From Eledone cirrhosa (Eukaryota), in assembly GCA_964016885.1 (NCBI GenBank), contig OZ024741.1, positions 171,492,001 through 171,556,000 on the forward strand: a stretch of DNA of 64,000 bases, read 5' to 3'. The position numbers and the translations under genes were made by a program. Within the stretch, counting starts at the first letter, position 1. Each line of letters opens with the position of its first letter. The notes below the pieces were generated by a model. That model ran no database searches, was not told where the DNA came from, and saw nothing but the letters and a program-made list of their open reading frames with translations. Of this stretch, positions 59,487-64,000 are shown one piece after another.

Positions 59487-59494
<8 letters not shown>
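59072..59494. mobile_element. TA-flanked fold-back element: 168-bp arms, no loop, ~85-bp tail
   Basis: Palindrome centred at 59326/59327 (CAACAT|ATGTTG), 2 mismatches. Confidence 0.9.
59386..59456 (+). ncRNA. Type I hammerhead ribozyme motif (mirror copy at 59197-59267 on minus)
   Basis: TGTTTTAT-CTGATGA-stem II-GAAA-TGCGCA-TA-ATAAAATA; palindromic stem III ATGCGCAT. Confidence 0.85.
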
Positions 59495-59527
<33 letters not shown>

Positions 59528-59530
<3 letters not shown>

Positions 59531-59722
59531 CAAAGAAAGAGTGGTAAAAACCAGATGGACCATAATACACCAGATTACTTGATACTTAGGGTAGTAGAGT
59601 GGGTAATAGGAAAAGTGTCAGGACCCTGACGGCTGAGCTACAACCGTTGCGACAGCTAGATCCAAAGAGTTTGGATCTAGCTGTCAAAATGGCCAGAGTT
59701 CAGCTGTCGGGGTCCTGACTCT

Positions 59723-59728
<6 letters not shown>
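59528..59728. mobile_element. TA-flanked fold-back element (family also at 61439-61555 and 62572-62632)
   Basis: Arms 59610-59666 vs 59670-59726; shared AGGACCC.GACGGC.GAGCT motif. Confidence 0.8.
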
Positions 59729-59792
<64 letters not shown>

Positions 59793-60024
59793 CAACATGT
59801 GTATGTATGTATACATGTATGCTGACATATATATGGATATATATGTATGCATGCATGTTTGCATGTATTTGAATGTATGTGTCATCATCACCATCACCAT
59901 TTTACATCCATTATCCGATACTAGCATGGGTTAGACGAGTTGTTCTGTTGTGGGTAATGCTAGGTCATGTGACCAATCTTACATATGCATATATGTATGA
60001 ATGTATGTATGTATATGTATGATA

Positions 60025-60939
60025 TCTGTATATATATAACATTAAGTATGTATGTGTGTGTTTTGTGTGTCTGTGTATTACCTATAGGGGCCTACATCTT
60101 ACGACCGATTTTCATGAAACTTTACAGGCTCATAGATTAGTCATCGGGGAGTGTTTTCTATATATCAGCGTATGGTTTTTTTTTATTCTGCAGATAAAAA
60201 TCGATGGGAGGAGTCACCTTTTTTTAGATATCGAAATGCTCCCACATTTTGCCACCGATTTCGTTCAAATTTTAACACAAAATAGAATTTAACATTTCAC
60301 ATCCTGTAATGGCTTTATATTTTGTATTTGTTGTTCGGGGACGGCGCGTGGCAGCCGCTTGAATATTCAAAAATACCACTTTTTCGACTCTATCTCCCAC
60401 ATTAATCAACTTACTTTGTTCAAATTTTACACTACGCTATATCTGATTATTTCACAACTTAAAGTGGCTTTACATTTTGGATTTTTTGTTCAGGAATGGC
60501 GTGGCAGCCGCTTAAATATTCGAAAATACCACCTTTTCGCTCAAATTTCCGTCTTTTCGGCTCTAGCTCCCACATTTTTCTATCGATTTCGTTCAAATTC
60601 CAAACTTCGGCTCCACCTCACACATATATCAATTTATTTGGTTCAACTTTTATACTACGATAGAACCTACTATTGCACATCTTATAGATGGTCAAAGGTT
60701 TCCAATCAAGTATCGTGAAGAAATTTGGCCTAGTGTTAGAGGTCATTACCTCCCTCCGCCAGCATGCCCCTTCGTCAGTCACCCGCGTTTCTCAGTGATA
60801 GAGGTCACCAGCACCGTCCCCCGCATGGCCTGTGTGTGGCCATAGATGAGTCATCGAGAAGCAGTCGCTAAGATCAACACCTTTTCATCAAAGCAGATAT
60901 TATTTTGCCTACCCAGGCAACGCAGGGTACTGCTGCTAG
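60025..60939 (+). mobile_element. Non-autonomous Helitron
   Basis: A|TC 5' end (TCTGTATATATATAA), subterminal hairpin TACCC-AGGCAACGCA-GGGTA, CTAG|T 3' end, internal repeats. Confidence 0.8.
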
Positions 60940-61113
60940 TTCTTAATAGATGTAGAAATTCCAAATGCAAAAAGTAACTGTACCCACAGACAGTTACTAT
61001 AAATATTATTAGATTAGAAAATCTAGTAAAACCTCAATGGACAGAAAAAGAAATAACCAACAACTGCTACAAATGATTAAACTCAGTAACTCTCAAGAGG
61101 TAACGGTTTAAAT

Positions 61114-61167
<54 letters not shown>

Positions 61168-61171
<4 letters not shown>

Positions 61172-61420
61172 ATAATAATAAACTTGAAGACTAAAATCCA
61201 AAGAGGGCTCGATAAGGATAAATATATATCAAATATATAAGAACCGTAGAGCAAATATTTATTAAAATAACAAATTAAAGTTTAAGCAAAGAATCGCTGC
61301 TTTCACCCTTAACGGGATCTTCTGAAAGAAACTAGTACATCGCTACTGAAAGAAGATCCCGTTAAGGGTGAAAGCAGCGATTCTTTGCTTAAACTTTAAT
61401 CTGTTATTTTAATAAATAAA
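61168..61420. mobile_element. TA-flanked fold-back element: 68-bp arms, 27-bp loop, ~88-bp tail, partial HHR
   Basis: 61256-61323 vs 61351-61418; GAAGA-TCCC-GTTAA-GGGT-GAAA-GCA..TGC-TT. Confidence 0.85.
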
Positions 61421-61566
61421 TAAATATATATATATATAGGAACGAGTAGGACCCCGACGGCTGAGCTCAAGCCGTTTCGACGGCTAATTCTGGACTAAAT
61501 AAAAAAAAAAATGGTGCGTATGGTCCACCTGGTTCCTTACCACATTTCCTTCGTTATATATATATA

Positions 61567-61676
61567 TATATCACGCTGAAAACTCCGGTTCTCGTCCGAT
61601 CACCGAAGTTAAGCAACGTAGAGCCTAGGTAGTACTTAGATGGGTGACTGCTTGGGAACCCTAGGTGCTGTAAGTA
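61567..61676 (+). rRNA. 5S rRNA: 5S rRNA copy lacking its first ~10 nt (pseudogene or SINE head)
   Basis: ATATCACGCTGAAAACTCCGGTTCTCGTCCGATCACCGAAGTTAAGCAACGTAGAGCC..AGTACTTAGATGGGTGAC..TGGGAA..GGTGCTGTAAG followed by TTTTT terminator. Confidence 0.9.
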
Positions 61677-61681
61677 TTTTT

Positions 61682-61800
61682 GAAGGCGCGTGGCTGAGTG
61701 GTTAGCGAATTGGATTCGCAATTGTGAGGTTGTGAGTTCGATTGCCGGACCAGGCGATGCGTTATGTCGTTGAGCAAGACACTGTATTTCACGTTGCTCC
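61682..61800 (+). mobile_element. SINE-B head directly after the 5S terminator
   Basis: GGCGCGTGGCTGAGTGGTTAG A-box, GAGTTCGATT B-box, TGAGCAAGACAC body. Confidence 0.85.
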
Positions 61801-61957
61801 TTCTACCTGGAGTTGCGACTGATAGATAGTATTAGCAATTGGAAAGACCAACGGAAACATTGTACCCTCGGTCCGATTTGACGAAAGTCGATCGACTGTC
61901 GATATATATATATTTATATATATATGTGTATATATATATATAAATCTCTCTCTATAT

Positions 61958-62530
61958 ATATAAGTATGTATACGTACATACATATATGTATACAGACGTA
62001 CAGTAGTATGTATATATATATGCATACATGCACACATATATATATGTACGAATGAATCTACCGAACATTTATTATAATGCTCGGTGTGTTTGTAAACAAA
62101 GGAACGATGTACTAGTTTCAAGCTTATTAGCTATCGTCAGCACAGTATACCTTCATGCCGTTGATATGCATAAGGAAAGTATATACTTTCAGACGTTCAA
62201 TCATCTTGCAGGAAGGTATACGGTGCTGACGATAGCTAATAAGCTTGAAACTAGTACATCGTTCCTTTGTCAGTGTTGAACAAAAGAGCAACGATGGTTG
62301 CTAAACACTGTACGGCTTAATTCGGGATGTTTGTTTATAAACACACCGAGCATTATAATAAATGTTCGGTGAATCCATACGTACATATATATATGTGTGC
62401 ATGTATGTATATATATACATACTACTGTACGTCTGTATACATATATGTATGTACGTGTACATACTTATATTTAAGTAACAGCCGTACTAAGAGTGGGAAA
62501 TGAAATTTTGTTTCATTTTTTCCGTCTCTA
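61958..62530. mobile_element. TA-flanked fold-back element: ~200-bp arms, ~50-bp loop, HHR in both arms
   Basis: 61958-62158 vs 62208-62470 (extra ~60 bp in right arm); tail runs to TA at ~62530. Confidence 0.88.
62220..62262 (+). ncRNA. Minimal type I hammerhead ribozyme (mirror copy at 62104-62146 on minus)
   Basis: ACGGTG-CTGACGA-TAGCT-AATA-AGCTT-GAAA-CTAG-TA-CATCGT: 6-bp stem I, palindromic stem III ACTAGT, GUA site. Confidence 0.88.
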
Positions 62531-62628
62531 TATATATATAAATAAATATATATATATATATATGTATATACAGGAACAAGTAGGACCCCGACGGCCGAGC
62601 TCAAGCCGCCTCGACGGCTAATTCTGGA

Positions 62629-62664
<36 letters not shown>

Positions 62665-63032
62665 CAGTGTAGTGGCAACAGTATTAGTAGGAATAGTAAG
62701 ACTGTAAAAGTGTCATGGTTAAGAATTGATGTTTAGGACTAATGTGAACTTTGACATGAGTTGGTGCTGTATGCTGATATGAAATCAACAAATAAGATAA
62801 CAGTTGCCAAATAGAGTCAAGTCTTGGCAGTTTCTTCTTATCAGATGAAAATGAATTGGTTTCGCTGGTCAATACACATATACTTACATATTCACTAAAT
62901 TCATTTACTAATTCTCACCTGACCGCATCCTAGTACATGGCTCACACAAACCATTAATCCATACCAACATGTCTTACTGATCACCAAACAACAGAACATG
63001 GTTTCCTGTAAAAATATACATATATATATATA

Positions 63033-64000
63033 CATCATCATCATCATCATCATCATCGTTTAACGTCCATGTTCCACGCTTGCATGGGTTTGGACGGGAA
63101 TTTTCCCACTTGAGGCAAGAGCGGTTGTCTTGCTCGCATAGGACTGTCTGGCGGGTTTTCTACAGTTGGATGCCCTTCCTAACACCAACCACATTTACAG
63201 TGTGGGGCTGGGAGGTTTTTACCGTGTTGCCTACACGGCCACATTACAGCGTGGACTGTCTGGCGGGTTTTCTACAGCTGGATGCCCTTCCTAACACCAA
63301 CCACATTTACAGTGTGGGACTGGGAGGTTTTTACCGTGTTACCTACACGGTCACATTACAGCGTGGACTGTGTGTTTTTTTTGTCGTGACACCTACACGA
63401 CCTCATTTGTTTCGGCCTGGATTTTGTGGCACCAACATAACTTTACATTGAAAGGGGCGGTGTGGATGGGGGTGTATTTTGTTAGAGATGCCTACTGACT
63501 ATAGTAGGTTTTACTTTGTATTTAGGTAAGGCGAGTCTTCTCTATTACTGGTACCGCCAAAGGTCTCGGTCCAGTGACATTGTCTTGGAGAGGTGTAAGT
63601 GTGTGAGGTCGGAATTTATCAGCTCGTCCCAGGTTTTTCTGGCTCTGCCTACTCCGTGGCTACTGTCTATCTTTATTGCCCTGCACTTTGCTATACAGCT
63701 GTCGTCTTTCATGCGCATCACGTGACCATACCAACGTAGCCTTCTCTCGAGTAAACAACATCTGATCCCTCTTATTTCTAATTTTTTCCTTAGTTCGTTT
63801 ATGCTTTGCCGTTCGCGTATATTACTATTACACATCCAACGGAGCATGCAAGCTTCGTTCCTCTCTAGTCTGCGTATATCCTCTGCACACAATGCCCAGG
63901 TCTCACTGCCATGCAACATTGCTGTTCGTATGCAGGCATCATACAACCTGCCTTTCATTTTTAGGGAGAACCCTTTAGCGGCTAATAGTGGTATAAGCTC
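63033..64000 (-). mobile_element. RTE LINE 3' part, same young family as 53735-55435 (runs off window)
   Basis: ORF 63545-63958 is nearly identical to 54599-55033; (CAT)n tail. Confidence 0.95.

Overview
AT-rich, microsatellite-dense animal genomic DNA. The SINE/RTE repeat families and the 5S sequence look cephalopod (Octopus-like), which is an inference. No host protein-coding gene can be supported with confidence, and nearly all ORFs in the track are simple-repeat or transposon artefacts. The window holds about 20 copies of one ~180-bp SINE, a second tRNA-headed SINE, several RTE-clade LINE fragments (one nearly intact, with a PHD-type finger inside the RT region), two Penelope-like (PLE) remnants, a non-autonomous Helitron, piggyBac-type and Tc1/mariner-type MITEs, a 5'-clipped 5S rRNA copy and a 20-bp minisatellite with higher-order structure. 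The most striking signal is a recurring architecture shared by about eight largely unrelated sequence families: (TA)n - arm - fold-back - inverted arm + extra tail - (TA)n. These are non-coding palindromes with arms up to ~200 bp, most carrying minimal type I hammerhead ribozyme (HHR) motifs, often on both strands. Independent copies of a family share their end points but differ at the centre, and they pile up as chains inside TA microsatellites. Coordinates were read by eye and may be off by a few bases.
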